A stretch of DNA of 59,909 nucleotides from Acidimicrobiales bacterium (GCA_035536375.1 DATLOH010000053.1:1-59909); one strand, 5' to 3'; positions 10,008 to 19,630 are shown, counted from the stretch's first letter. Numbers and translations: made by a program. Notes: generated from the letters alone by a model not told the origin.

Positions 10008-12176
10008 CTAGTGCCACCCGGTGAGGGGCTGACCGCCCGGGATCTCGCGTACGAACACGTCGTTGCTGTCGTTGGTGTCGCCGTCGACCAGGTTGTTCGC
10101 TGCGCTGTCGAATGCTACGAAACGGCCATCGCCCGAGATGGTCGGAGAGCCGGACGGACCTCCCGCGGCTTCGCTGCCCGACGTGTGCACCGACACCCTC
10201 GTCGTCGTTCCGGTGTCTATGTCATGGACAAACACGTCGGTGAATCTGTTGTTGTCGCCGGGCACGAGGTTCGTGCCGTCCGAGTTGAACACCACGAAGC
10301 GCCCGTCCCGCGTGGATGAGTACGAGAGTTCGCTGATCGTGACGTTGACGCCTCCGGAGATCAAGATGGGCGCGCCGTAGGTGAACGCAAGCCGCTTAGG
10401 ATCCGAAATCACGTCGTCGTTGGCTGGCTCACCGGTAGAGGAGACAGTGACGAGCGTGGTCACTCCCCGCCAAAGGTCGCGCCGGTACACGTTCTCGACG
10501 TCGGGGGCCGTGCTCGGAGTCACAAGGTTGGTCGCCGTCGAGTTGAAGAACACGTAGCGGCCGTCCGACGAGATCGTGTGGAGACCTAGACCAAGCACGC
10601 TTTTCGTCTCGCCGTTCGCCTGTCGGCCCTCAGACGAGACATTCACTCGCGTCGTCGTTCCCGCAACGCGATCGCGAACAAAGACATCGGCGGCGCGGTT
10701 CGTGTCGTTCCTGACAAGGTTCCACGAACTCGACTTGAAAACCACGTAGCGCCCGTCACCCGAGATCGAGAAAAGGTCGGCGCCCTCGTCGCCTGAGCTG
10801 CTCGGGTCACCGCTTGGTTCACCTAGCGCGCTTTGATCGGAGTCGGAGGCAACGCTGACGCGGGTCGTAACGCCGCGAGTCATGTCGCGCACGAAAACGT
10901 CGCGCGCACCGTTTGTGTCACCCGGGACCAAGTTGTCGGCCCACGACACGAACGCAACGAGATGCCCGTCATCGGACACCTCGGCGCGTCCGCTCGACGC
11001 GGTGGTGTCCTGTCCGCACCCGCGGCACGGAACCGAGACTTGCTCGACGTCTCCGTTCTCATTGTTGCGTCGGAAGACCTCGAAGCGATACGGCGACGAC
11101 GGCGACAGCCGGTCTTCACCCGGCGCATGGACCTCCACACTGGCCCAGAACACGGCGAAGCGCTCGTCGATCGAGATACCTCCTGGAAAGACGAGGCTGC
11201 CGATATCGGTGCCGGCGACGGCGACGCTTTGTTCGGGAAACTGGTTAGTAGTCCGGTGCAGGACGCGGTCGCGTGCGTAAGACCCGATCTTTCCGCACGG
11301 CGCTCCCATGCCGGTACGCACGCGCGGCGCGCACGTCCGGGATGGCCTGTGCGCGTCGAACGTGCTGGCGCCGGACGCCATCAGTGCCTGTCGCCCGCTG
11401 TACGAGAGGATCCCGAGAAACGATTCGCCGTCACCCTCCTCGCCGTTCGTGGCGACCGATGCACGGGTCGTCACGCCTTGCTCCTGCAGCGTAAAGCGCG
11501 TGCGTCCTCCGAGTGGTCCGTCGAGCTGGAAGTAGTACGTCGTGCGGGCCTTCGCCGCGAACGCCACCAGAGCGTTGCCCCGCGGGTCGCTCGAGCACTC
11601 GCCCTCCCGCTGCAGGTTCCGGAGCGATGGCCCCGTGTAGACGGACAGTGCCGTCGCAGAGTCGCTTCCGAACGTGTCGGCCAGCAGGCCAACGTCGGTC
11701 GTGGCCGTGTACGAATACCACGCCGTCTTCCCGCGGATTGCGCTGCAAGACGCCGGTTCGCCGCTCTCGCCGGTGGCCGTACGCGTGTTGGTCTCACCGG
11801 AGAACGGGACCGAAGGAATCGGATACGCGTTGGCGAAATGATCGTTGGTGAACGCGTGCGTCACGACCACGGGAGCGAGCCGGGCCGGGCGGGTGCCGCC
11901 GGCATCGCTATCGCGCGACGACAGCAATCCCTGGCGCAACGTTTGTGCGGACGTTTTGCCGTCATCCGAGGTGCCGAGGAGCTTCGCCACGAGACGGGCG
12001 TCGAGCGGCGCGAAGCCGCCGAGCGGTCCGGCCGAGTAGTCGAGGCGGCCAAGGTCGGGGAAGGGGCGGAGGAAACCGACGCCGGGCACACGCAGCCCGT
12101 AGCCGACCGCCGAAACGAGGAGCGCGACGGAGACACCGACGACGGGGATCGCTGCCTTCCCTCGGAGAACTCTCAT
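10008..12176 (-). CDS. secreted TolB/PD40-like beta-propeller repeat protein with N-terminal PPC-like domain
   Basis: 722-aa ORF with an N-terminal signal/TM segment. About 6 repeats of S.DGR(Y/F)V.F.S.A.NLV..DTN...DVFVRD. Confidence 0.8.
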   Translation of the reverse strand: MRVLRGKAAIPVVGVSVALLVSAVGYGLRVPGVGFLRPFPDLGRLDYSAGPLGGFAPLDARLVAKLLGTSDDGKTSAQTLRQGLLSSRDSDAGGTRPARLAPVVVTHAFTNDHFANAYPIPSVPFSGETNTRTATGESGEPASCSAIRGKTAWYSYTATTDVGLLADTFGSDSATALSVYTGPSLRNLQREGECSSDPRGNALVAFAAKARTTYYFQLDGPLGGRTRFTLQEQGVTTRASVATNGEEGDGESFLGILSYSGRQALMASGASTFDAHRPSRTCAPRVRTGMGAPCGKIGSYARDRVLHRTTNQFPEQSVAVAGTDIGSLVFPGGISIDERFAVFWASVEVHAPGEDRLSPSSPYRFEVFRRNNENGDVEQVSVPCRGCGQDTTASSGRAEVSDDGHLVAFVSWADNLVPGDTNGARDVFVRDMTRGVTTRVSVASDSDQSALGEPSGDPSSSGDEGADLFSISGDGRYVVFKSSSWNLVRNDTNRAADVFVRDRVAGTTTRVNVSSEGRQANGETKSVLGLGLHTISSDGRYVFFNSTATNLVTPSTAPDVENVYRRDLWRGVTTLVTVSSTGEPANDDVISDPKRLAFTYGAPILISGGVNVTISELSYSSTRDGRFVVFNSDGTNLVPGDNNRFTDVFVHDIDTGTTTRVSVHTSGSEAAGGPSGSPTISGDGRFVAFDSAANNLVDGDTNDSNDVFVREIPGGQPLTGWH

Positions 12177-12348
12177 CCCAATCCCTTACTTCGCTCTTCC
12201 CAGCGTTGCGGCCTTCTCGGCGCTTACTCAAGCCGTTAAGACCGATCCAACAACTGTTGGGTGTTCACAACCGCCTGCAAGCACGACGCAAACGAGCGCG
12301 AAGTGTCGCCAACGGTACGCTCATAGCTGGAGGAACTTGTGAGGCGGG

Positions 12349-14025
12349 ATGCCTGAAGATTCGAACATGTTCCTCGACGAGGGTGACTTCTGGACGATCC
12401 GTTATGCGTCGAAGTCCTTCCGGCTCAAGAGCTCGAAGGGGCTTCAGTACATCGCAACCCTGTTGCGCCATCCGGGCCAAGAGGTCCACGTGCTCGAACT
12501 CGTCGGTGCGGCCGGCGGGGCGGCAAGTCCCCGGGGCACGGGCCGCACGGGCGCAGACGTACGAAGTCTGGACTCCGAAGGGTTGCGTGTCGGCGGCCTC
12601 GGCGACGCCGGCGACATGCTGGATGCCAAGGCCAAGGCCGCGTACCGCCGGAGGCTAACCGAGCTCCAAGAAGACCTCTCCGAGGCCGAAGCGTTCAACG
12701 ACTCCGAACGCGCCGCCCGCGCGTATGAGGAAATCGATGCGCTTGAACAGCAGCTGTCGGCCGCATTTGGCCTCGGCGGTCGCGCCCGTAAGACGGGCTC
12801 TGCGGCCGAACGCGCGCGCGTCAACGTGCGTAACACGATCGCATCTGCGATGAAGGCCATAGCAGTGCACGGCCCGGAGCTCGCTGAGCACCTGAAGAAG
12901 TCGATTCGCACCGGGACGTTCTGCTGGTATGCGGGCGACGGCGTGAAGTGGGTGCTCGAACAACTCGATGGCGCAGCGGCCGCCGCAATTGCGCGCGCTC
13001 CTTTTGGCAGCGGTGACGACGAGCGTCTCGTGGCGACGTTCCTCTTCACCGACATCGTCGACTCAACGAAACGTGCCGCGGCGGGTGGAGACCGAGCATG
13101 GCGCAAGGCGATGGACCGCCACGACGCCGTCGCCTCCGAGCACCTCGCCGCGCACTGCGGGATTCAGGTTCGCTCGATGGGCGACGGGCTGCTCGCGGTC
13201 TTCGAGTCCCCGGCGGCGGCGATCTCGTGTGCGCTCTCTCTTCACGAGGCAATGGATGGTCTGGGGCTGCCGATCCGCGCCGGGATTCATACGGGCGAGT
13301 GCAGTCGACGCGCCGAAGACTTCAGCGGGATCGGCGTCAACATCGCGGCGCGCATCATGGCGGAGGCCGAAGGTGGTGAAACCCTGGTGTCGAGCACCGT
13401 CACCGAGATTGTCGCCGGTTCGGGTATCGAGTTCCGAGATCACGGGTTTCACACGCTCCGCGGCGTGCCGGGGTCGTGGCGCCTGTTTGCCGTCGCCGGC
13501 ACCACCACGGCGAGCAGTAAGCGTTCGAAACGCCCAACGCATCATCCGCTCTCGCTCATGGTCGTGGACGACCACCCGATGTGGCGACAGACCCTGCGCA
13601 CGGTGCTCGAATCCAGCGGGGTCGGGATCGTCGTCGCCGAAGCATCCGACGGCGAAGAGGTAGTGGAGCTCGCGCTTTCGGCGCGTCCCGAGGCGGTGAT
13701 CATGGACATGAACCTGCTGACGATCAGCGGTGTGGAAGCGACCCGGCGGCTCCTCGACGTAATGCCGGAGACGAAGGTCCTCATGTTGTCGTCGTCCGAC
13801 GAACGCCAAGACGTCGTCGAAGCGGTGAAGGCGGGTGCCAGCGGCTACTTGCTCAAAACCGCCGAGCCCGACGAGGTCGCTGACGCCGTCCAGCGGATCC
13901 GCGGCGGTGAGCTCGTGTTCCCGCCCGCGCTTGCGAAAGTCGTGCTCGACGAGTTCCGCCGAATCGGTCGCACCGACGCGCCTCGGGCGACAAAGTCCGC
14001 AGCAAAAAAGAAGCAGCGCGCGTAG
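12349..14025 (+). CDS. class III nucleotidyl cyclase fused to a C-terminal NarL-type receiver (REC) domain, no HTH
   Basis: 558-aa ORF. Cyclase core FLFTDIVDST...RSMGDGLLAVF...GVNIAARI is followed by a REC with VVDDHP, VIMDMNL, MLSSS and GYLLK. Confidence 0.85.
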   Translation: MPEDSNMFLDEGDFWTIRYASKSFRLKSSKGLQYIATLLRHPGQEVHVLELVGAAGGAASPRGTGRTGADVRSLDSEGLRVGGLGDAGDMLDAKAKAAYRRRLTELQEDLSEAEAFNDSERAARAYEEIDALEQQLSAAFGLGGRARKTGSAAERARVNVRNTIASAMKAIAVHGPELAEHLKKSIRTGTFCWYAGDGVKWVLEQLDGAAAAAIARAPFGSGDDERLVATFLFTDIVDSTKRAAAGGDRAWRKAMDRHDAVASEHLAAHCGIQVRSMGDGLLAVFESPAAAISCALSLHEAMDGLGLPIRAGIHTGECSRRAEDFSGIGVNIAARIMAEAEGGETLVSSTVTEIVAGSGIEFRDHGFHTLRGVPGSWRLFAVAGTTTASSKRSKRPTHHPLSLMVVDDHPMWRQTLRTVLESSGVGIVVAEASDGEEVVELALSARPEAVIMDMNLLTISGVEATRRLLDVMPETKVLMLSSSDERQDVVEAVKAGASGYLLKTAEPDEVADAVQRIRGGELVFPPALAKVVLDEFRRIGRTDAPRATKSAAKKKQRA

Positions 14026-14087
14026 CCAACAATCGTTGCGCCCCCTTTAACGCGGTGTCGATACATCGCCTACGGAAGGGTCGCCTC

Positions 14088-14645
14088 ATGACCAAGAACA
14101 TCAGACGTCTGCGAACGCTGGCCGTCGTCTTCCTCACCGCCGCGTGCACCCTCGTAACGGAGCCAGCGGACGCAACTGTCCCACGCACCGTCGAGATCTC
14201 GGCGGACTTCTACGATCCCGGCCAACCGGCGTTCACCTACTACGGGGCCGAGTGCGATCCCGTGCTGCCTGGCGTGTGCCGGGTGAAGTTCGGTGGGCGG
14301 GTCGAGTGGTTCGGGGGACTGAGCGGCACCTCGACGTACGACGCGATCGGGTACCAGGAAGGCACCGGACCGTCGACGTGGGAGGTCCGCGAGACCTTCA
14401 CCGGGACCGTCGCCGGTTGCGGCACCGGACAATTCGAGTGGTACGGCAAAGGCGAGATCGACTTCGCGGCGATCGATCTGGCAACCCAAGAGGTGCCGAT
14501 GGAAGGCGTGCTCGACTTCGTCGGACCCGGCGCGGGTGATCTCACGGGCATCGACGGAGCGCTGGAGGCGACTGCTCGACTCCGGCTTTTCCCGGCGTTC
14601 GGCGAGCAGCATGGCCACGTCACCGGCACCGTCACCTGCCACTGA
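14088..14645 (+). CDS. secreted hypothetical protein (possible DUF3224-like fold)
   Basis: I chose the ATG at 14088, preceded by GGAAGGG. Signal peptide MTKNIRRLRTLAVVFLTAACTLVTEPADA. Gly/Thr-rich beta-type sequence ending GTVTCH. Confidence 0.6.
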   Translation: MTKNIRRLRTLAVVFLTAACTLVTEPADATVPRTVEISADFYDPGQPAFTYYGAECDPVLPGVCRVKFGGRVEWFGGLSGTSTYDAIGYQEGTGPSTWEVRETFTGTVAGCGTGQFEWYGKGEIDFAAIDLATQEVPMEGVLDFVGPGAGDLTGIDGALEATARLRLFPAFGEQHGHVTGTVTCH

Positions 14646-14672
14646 GTGAAAACGTCGACGGAACACTGAAGA

Positions 14673-17561
14673 TCAGAGCGGTTGTTGCTCGTCCTTCGTC
14701 GCCGCCCACACCGCCAGCTGGCTGCGGTTGGACAGCCCCAACTTGGTGAGGATGTGCTGCACGTGGTTCTCGGCCGTCCGTTCCGCGATCACCAGGCGCT
14801 CGGCGACCTGTCGATTGGTAAGGCCCTCCGATACGAGCTTGGCCACTTCGTGCTCGCGCCGCGTCAGCGCACGCGTCGTGTCCACGACGTCCAGGCGTCG
14901 GCGTAGTGCGTCAACCTTCTCCTGTATCGGCCTCATCCCGAGGGCGACCGCTCTGACGCGGGCCTCCCCGAGTAACAGCCGGGCGCGTTCCGCGTCGCCG
15001 GGTTGATTGCGCGAGACGAGGGTGCGCGCCAACTCGTACTGAGATTCGACGCGAAAGGCCGAGGCTCCATTTTCGGCGCACGCGCGCTCCGCGTGTTCCA
15101 GATCGGCAATCGCGTCGTCGAAGCGGCCCAAGTGACTGGCGCCGATTCCGAGCCACAACTCGACGGGCCCGAAGTACACCATCGCGCTCGTGCCGCTCGC
15201 GACGTGGTGGCCCCGGTGCGGCGACAAGAGCTCGTACAGGACGGCGACGTCGTCGGAAGCGGAGAGGGCGGACGCGATGCCGAGGCCGAAGGCGTAGCCG
15301 CAGAGCACTACGTGTGGTGGCGGTGCCCAACTCCGCGGCGGGCCAAGGCGCTGGTACACGGCCGCGGCGTCCTCGTAGCGCTCGGCAGAGACGAGCGTGC
15401 GCGCTAAAGCAATTTGGCCGATGAAGCCGATCGCGTCGGCGTGGTCTGGTGGAGCACCGGCGTAGTCGAACGAGGCGATTGCGGTGTCGTCGCCCACGTG
15501 GTGCGCCACGTTCATTGAGAGCGCAGAGCGAAACGTGAAGCGCACGTCGTGATCGGTCGGGTCGAGAATCGCGAACGCTTCGGCTTCGAATCTCCGTGCG
15601 TCGTCGAATCGGCCGTGAGCTTGAGCGAGGACGGCCCGGCAGCGCGCTATCTCGAAGAGCGCGATCGGCCCCCGAACCTTATGAGCGGCGACGGCAAGCA
15701 TCTCGATGGAGTCGGCGACGACACCTAGGTCGCCCTCCTCGAGACCGGAGTCGATCCGCCACAGGTGCGCCCACATTTCGATTTGCGGATCGAGGGACTC
15801 ACGGCCCAGTGCCAGGGCGCGTTCGGCCAACTCGATCCGTTCCGACAATCCCTCGGGGGTGACGCATACCACTTGCCGGGCCCGCAAGGAAGCGGCGATC
15901 GCTCGATGATCGCCGCTTTGCTCGGCGAGCCGGATCGCCTGCTGACTGGTCTCCCTAACTCTGTCCGACTGACTTACGAAGGCATACGTCTCGACGAAGC
16001 GCGCCATGACGTGTGACCGGAGCGCCACGGCGTCGGCGGGCAGGGCCGCTAGCGCTTCCTCGCACAACTGACGCGTCACGAGCACCGACCGCATTGTGCC
16101 GACGACGGCCATGACGAGTGCGGCCTCTGCGATGAGCTCGGGCCGACCCAGCTCTCGGGCGATTGCCGCGGCGTCTACGCAAACCTCCAAGCTGTCGTCG
16201 AGATTGCCGGAGAGGTCGAGGCCACGGCCGGCGAGAAGCAGGATCCGACAACGTTCAACGGCGTCGAGGTCGGGGCCACCGACTCGCACCGCCTGACAAA
16301 ACAGCCGGGCTGCGTCCTCATAGGCGAGCTGTCGCATCGCCTCCTCTCCGGCACGAACGCTCCAACGTGCTGCGGTGGCGGCGTCGCCCGCTATCGAGGC
16401 TTCGACCCAATGGCTCGCAAGGTCGAAGAGACGCGGACCGAGTGCGTGGGCGTACCGTCTTTCAATCGACTCCGCCGCACGGCGGTGGAGGGCCAAGGAC
16501 TGGTCCGGCTCCAGTCGGGCGACGATCGCGTCGCGCACGAGTGCGTGCACAAACCTGTGGGAGTGGGATACGCCGTGCGGCTCGACCAGCCCGGCTTCGG
16601 TGGCTTCCGCGACGAACCCCAGCGCCTTGTCCGCAGACGCGCTTGTCACGTCGGCCACAGTTGTGAGCTCGAACTCCCGGCCCACGATGGCAGCGCCCTC
16701 CAAGAACGCGACGCAGCCCGGCGAGAGTCGCGCGAGGCGATCAGCGATCGCAGCTCGAACTGTCGGCGTGACCGCTATGAACCGCCGGCCGGATCGCGCG
16801 TCGGCCATGGCGCGTGCGACTTCGCCGACGAAGAAGGGGTTGCCCGCCGTCAGCGCCTGCACCTCTGTGACCGCCCCATCGTCCAGGTTTTCGCCCAGCA
16901 CGGACGCAAGCTGCCGACCCACGGCGACCGCCGGAAGCCCGTGTAGGTCGAGCGTTGTCGCCAGCGGCTCCTGCGCGAGGCGTCCGAGCGTGTCGCGGTG
17001 ACCCTGCTCGGTGACACGAGCGATCGCGACGATGAGAATCCGGTCGTCGATAAGCGATCGCGCGACGTGGTGCAGCAGTAGCAGCGCGGGTTTGTCCGAC
17101 CAATGCGCGTCGTCGATGACGACGAGAAGCGGTCGCACGCGCGCTACCTCGCGAAGCACTCGGGCCACGGCATCGAATTGACGGAACCGGTCGTCTGGCG
17201 ACGCCGCTCCGGCGTCTGGCGAACACGCGGATGAGAACACATCCGGTGCGATTCGGGCGAGGTCCGTCTCTACCTGCAGCTCGCGGGCGATCCGCTCGAC
17301 GTCGACCTCAGCCGCTACCGCTCGTAGGATCTGCCACCACTCCCAGTGCGGTGGAGTAGCGAAGGATTCGGTCGCGAGGCCCCACACGCACAGCGCGCCC
17401 GCAGCGGTCGCCTCTCGCGTGAACTCGTCGACGAGCCGCGTCTTGCCGATCCCGGGCTCGCCCTGGCACAACACCACACGTGGGCGCCCAGAGAGAGCGT
17501 CTTCGAAGCTCTCGGCGAGCACTCTTAACTCCGGTTCACGCCCTACGAGTTCACTACGCAC
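14673..17561 (-). CDS. LAL-type (large ATP-binding LuxR family) transcriptional regulator: AAA/STAND ATPase, TPR-like region, C-terminal LuxR HTH
   Basis: Walker [11 protein letters not shown], Walker [12 protein letters not shown]-terminal [36 protein letters not shown]. Start placed at GTG 17561 ([12 protein letters not shown]). The track ORF extends to 17756, probably non-coding. Confidence 0.85.
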   Translation of the reverse strand: MRSELVGREPELRVLAESFEDALSGRPRVVLCQGEPGIGKTRLVDEFTREATAAGALCVWGLATESFATPPHWEWWQILRAVAAEVDVERIARELQVETDLARIAPDVFSSACSPDAGAASPDDRFRQFDAVARVLREVARVRPLLVVIDDAHWSDKPALLLLHHVARSLIDDRILIVAIARVTEQGHRDTLGRLAQEPLATTLDLHGLPAVAVGRQLASVLGENLDDGAVTEVQALTAGNPFFVGEVARAMADARSGRRFIAVTPTVRAAIADRLARLSPGCVAFLEGAAIVGREFELTTVADVTSASADKALGFVAEATEAGLVEPHGVSHSHRFVHALVRDAIVARLEPDQSLALHRRAAESIERRYAHALGPRLFDLASHWVEASIAGDAATAARWSVRAGEEAMRQLAYEDAARLFCQAVRVGGPDLDAVERCRILLLAGRGLDLSGNLDDSLEVCVDAAAIARELGRPELIAEAALVMAVVGTMRSVLVTRQLCEEALAALPADAVALRSHVMARFVETYAFVSQSDRVRETSQQAIRLAEQSGDHRAIAASLRARQVVCVTPEGLSERIELAERALALGRESLDPQIEMWAHLWRIDSGLEEGDLGVVADSIEMLAVAAHKVRGPIALFEIARCRAVLAQAHGRFDDARRFEAEAFAILDPTDHDVRFTFRSALSMNVAHHVGDDTAIASFDYAGAPPDHADAIGFIGQIALARTLVSAERYEDAAAVYQRLGPPRSWAPPPHVVLCGYAFGLGIASALSASDDVAVLYELLSPHRGHHVASGTSAMVYFGPVELWLGIGASHLGRFDDAIADLEHAERACAENGASAFRVESQYELARTLVSRNQPGDAERARLLLGEARVRAVALGMRPIQEKVDALRRRLDVVDTTRALTRREHEVAKLVSEGLTNRQVAERLVIAERTAENHVQHILTKLGLSNRSQLAVWAATKDEQQPL

Positions 17562-17727
17562 AACTCGCCTCGTCTCGGGATGGACTGCGAGTCCAGCACA
17601 GCCGCACAGTGCGCGCCGGGCTGAACCAAGAAATGAGCACCAGGATGAGTACTTCCCCTCATGCGAGCGGCGCGCACGGTCCGTACCGTCAGCGATGCAC
17701 GGATCCCCTAGCGAAAGAAGCCGAAAA

Positions 17728-17994
17728 ATGCATGCCGTTGTCTTCCAAGTCGACATGAAGCCCGGATGGGAAGCAAAGGTCGAACAAGAACTCGATCAGC
17801 TCGTGACCATGATCAAGTCCGTCCCCGGGTTCGTCCGGGGTACGTGGACCACTGACGGTGCTCGCGGGCTCAGCTTCCTCTTGTTCGAGTCACAAGAGAG
17901 CGCGCAGGGCATCGCCGACAATGCATCGATGCCACCGGACGCGAGCGTGACCCTGCGCTCCGTGGATGTCTACGAAGTCGCACGCGACGTCTGA
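17728..17994 (+). CDS. small ABM/YdhR-like dimeric alpha-beta-barrel protein
   Basis: 88-aa ORF from ATG 17728 ([13 protein letters not shown]...). FVRGTW...[11 protein letters not shown] is the pattern typical of antibiotic-biosynthesis-monooxygenase-like domains. Confidence 0.6.
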   Translation: MHAVVFQVDMKPGWEAKVEQELDQLVTMIKSVPGFVRGTWTTDGARGLSFLLFESQESAQGIADNASMPPDASVTLRSVDVYEVARDV

Positions 17995-17998
17995 GAGA

Positions 17999-18304
17999 AT
18001 GAAGATGAGAGTGCTACTGAAATGGCAGCTCGGGACACCGGAAGCGAGCGCAGCGATCCGTACTGGCCGCATGGCGGAGATCAATGAGCGGCTCGACGAG
18101 TTGACCAAGCCGGAAGCGCAGTACTTCTGCACCGAGGGTGGCGTCCGCACGGGCTATGTGTTCTTCGACCTGGCCGATCCATCCGACATCCCGGCGATCG
18201 CCGAACCGTTGTTCGCCGAGCTGAACGCCTCGGTCGAGTTCTTCCCGGTGATGGACGGTGCCGACCTGGGCGCAGGTTTAGGCAAGGCGGCCGCATCGCG
18301 CTGA
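17999..18304 (+). CDS. hypothetical small protein (possibly DUF3303-like alpha-beta barrel)
   Basis: 101-aa ORF from ATG 17999, 4 nt after the preceding stop. No catalytic motif recognised. Confidence 0.45.
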   Translation: MKMRVLLKWQLGTPEASAAIRTGRMAEINERLDELTKPEAQYFCTEGGVRTGYVFFDLADPSDIPAIAEPLFAELNASVEFFPVMDGADLGAGLGKAAASR

Positions 18305-18305
18305 C

Positions 18306-18938
18306 TCAGGCGAGATGCCTTCGCACAACTGAATACTGGTAGAAGAAATCGTCGTCGCCCCAGGTCTCGAACGCCTCGATCGTGCCGATGGTTGCGATCA
18401 GCGACTGCCACCGATCATCGGACCGACGGCTGAAGAGACGAGCTGGGAGTCCGCGGCCAGGGTTTTGGCTGCTGTGCTCTTCGACGTCGGGGCCGCCCCA
18501 TACCCCGATCGCAGCGAACCCGCCGGGCACCAACACCCGCGACACCTCTGCGAGCGCGGTCTTGATCGCACTGTTGGGGATGTGCATCAATGTGCTCATC
18601 GTCCACACGGCGTCGAACGACGCGGTCACGAACGGCAGCCGTCGCGCCGACGCCAGCGCGACGGCTGCTCCGGTTGCGCGGCACAGACGAGCGTGCCCGG
18701 CGGAGATGTCCACCGCGACGTAACGATGGCCGGCCGAGAGAAATGCCACGGCGTCGCGACCCGGACCCGAGCCGATCTCCAGCACGGAGTTGCGTCCTCT
18801 GGCCGGCAAGGCCGCCAAGAACTCGCCGCGGGCGGCTTCACGTCGCGGATCGATCGGCCGCGTCAATCGTTCGTCGCCCTCCTGGTCGTAGTACGCCGCC
18901 AGCGCGAGCTCGTTCTGGCCGGGATCGATGACCTCCAT
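18306..18938 (-). CDS. class I SAM-dependent methyltransferase
   Basis: Start chosen at ATG 18938 (MEVIDPG...). Motif I VLEIGSGPGRDA, acidic VAVDIS, post-II FDAVWTMSTLMHIP. Confidence 0.75.
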   Translation of the reverse strand: MEVIDPGQNELALAAYYDQEGDERLTRPIDPRREAARGEFLAALPARGRNSVLEIGSGPGRDAVAFLSAGHRYVAVDISAGHARLCRATGAAVALASARRLPFVTASFDAVWTMSTLMHIPNSAIKTALAEVSRVLVPGGFAAIGVWGGPDVEEHSSQNPGRGLPARLFSRRSDDRWQSLIATIGTIEAFETWGDDDFFYQYSVVRRHLA

Positions 18939-19075
18939 CGATGAGGAACTTAGGGCCACGCCGCTCCACGCCAGCCGCTCCGATCGCATCCAACAACTGC
19001 GCAACGAGAGGTCAACACCGGTTGCCTGCCGTTTCACGCCAACTCATAGACGGCAACTCAACCCAAGGAGCAACA

Positions 19076-19630
19076 GTGAAGAACCTTCACCGATTCACCG
19101 CCTGCGCAGCGCTCGCCTCGGCTGCGCTGCTGCTAGGCCCGGCACCCGGGGTGGACGCCCTGCGCAATCCGCTGGCCCCCCCGCAGAGCGCGTCCTCTTC
19201 AACCGGCACGACCACGACACAGGTAGCCGGTGGGTGGCAGGGCACGCCACCGGTCGTCCCGCTATCAGCCAACCCAGATGGAACCTTCACTGCTGTCGGC
19301 GACTACACACTGAACGGCACGCTCGTCGGAACCATGACCTTCGAGATGTCCGGTCGTTTCGATCCTGCGACTGGCAATTGGGACGCCAACTCGGTGGACG
19401 TCTTTCGCGGCGTGTACCTCGGCGATAACAGCCAGGGCACACTGACTTGGAAGGTGCACACCTGGGGCAACTTCATCACCGGCGCCAACTGGGCCGAGGT
19501 GGAGATCGTCGGCGGTTCCGGAGATCCGACGTTCCAATGCTCTAGCGGTCGCATCACGTGGGACGGCTTCGCCAACCCGGCGGCATCGTTCGGTGGGTAC
19601 TCGGGGACGTGGGTCCACGGCTGCCCGTAG
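19076..19630 (+). CDS. secreted hypothetical protein (possible distant paralogue of 14088-14645)
   Basis: GTG 19076 lies 5 nt downstream of AAGGAG. Signal peptide VKNLHRFTACAALASAALLLGPAPGVDA. Gly/Thr-rich, C-terminal GTWVHGCP. Confidence 0.6.
   Translation: MKNLHRFTACAALASAALLLGPAPGVDALRNPLAPPQSASSSTGTTTTQVAGGWQGTPPVVPLSANPDGTFTAVGDYTLNGTLVGTMTFEMSGRFDPATGNWDANSVDVFRGVYLGDNSQGTLTWKVHTWGNFITGANWAEVEIVGGSGDPTFQCSSGRITWDGFANPAASFGGYSGTWVHGCP

Noticed and set aside
12349-14645. Cyclase gene plus downstream small gene considered as a Pycsar/CBASS-like anti-phage signalling pair.
   Set aside because: The downstream protein has a signal peptide and no cyclic-nucleotide-binding, TIR, TM-pore or nuclease effector domain. 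The cyclase carries regulatory modules (REC and an N-terminal LuxR-associated module) typical of housekeeping signalling.
17523-17528. Adjacent rare codons TTA-AGA at codons 12-13 of the LAL regulator, considered as a bldA-like translational control point.
   Set aside because: TTA codons also occur in ordinary genes of the window, for example in the first ABC exporter (about 278) and in the A-PCP-AT3 gene (about 40410). Rarity-based regulation cannot be inferred from this window alone.
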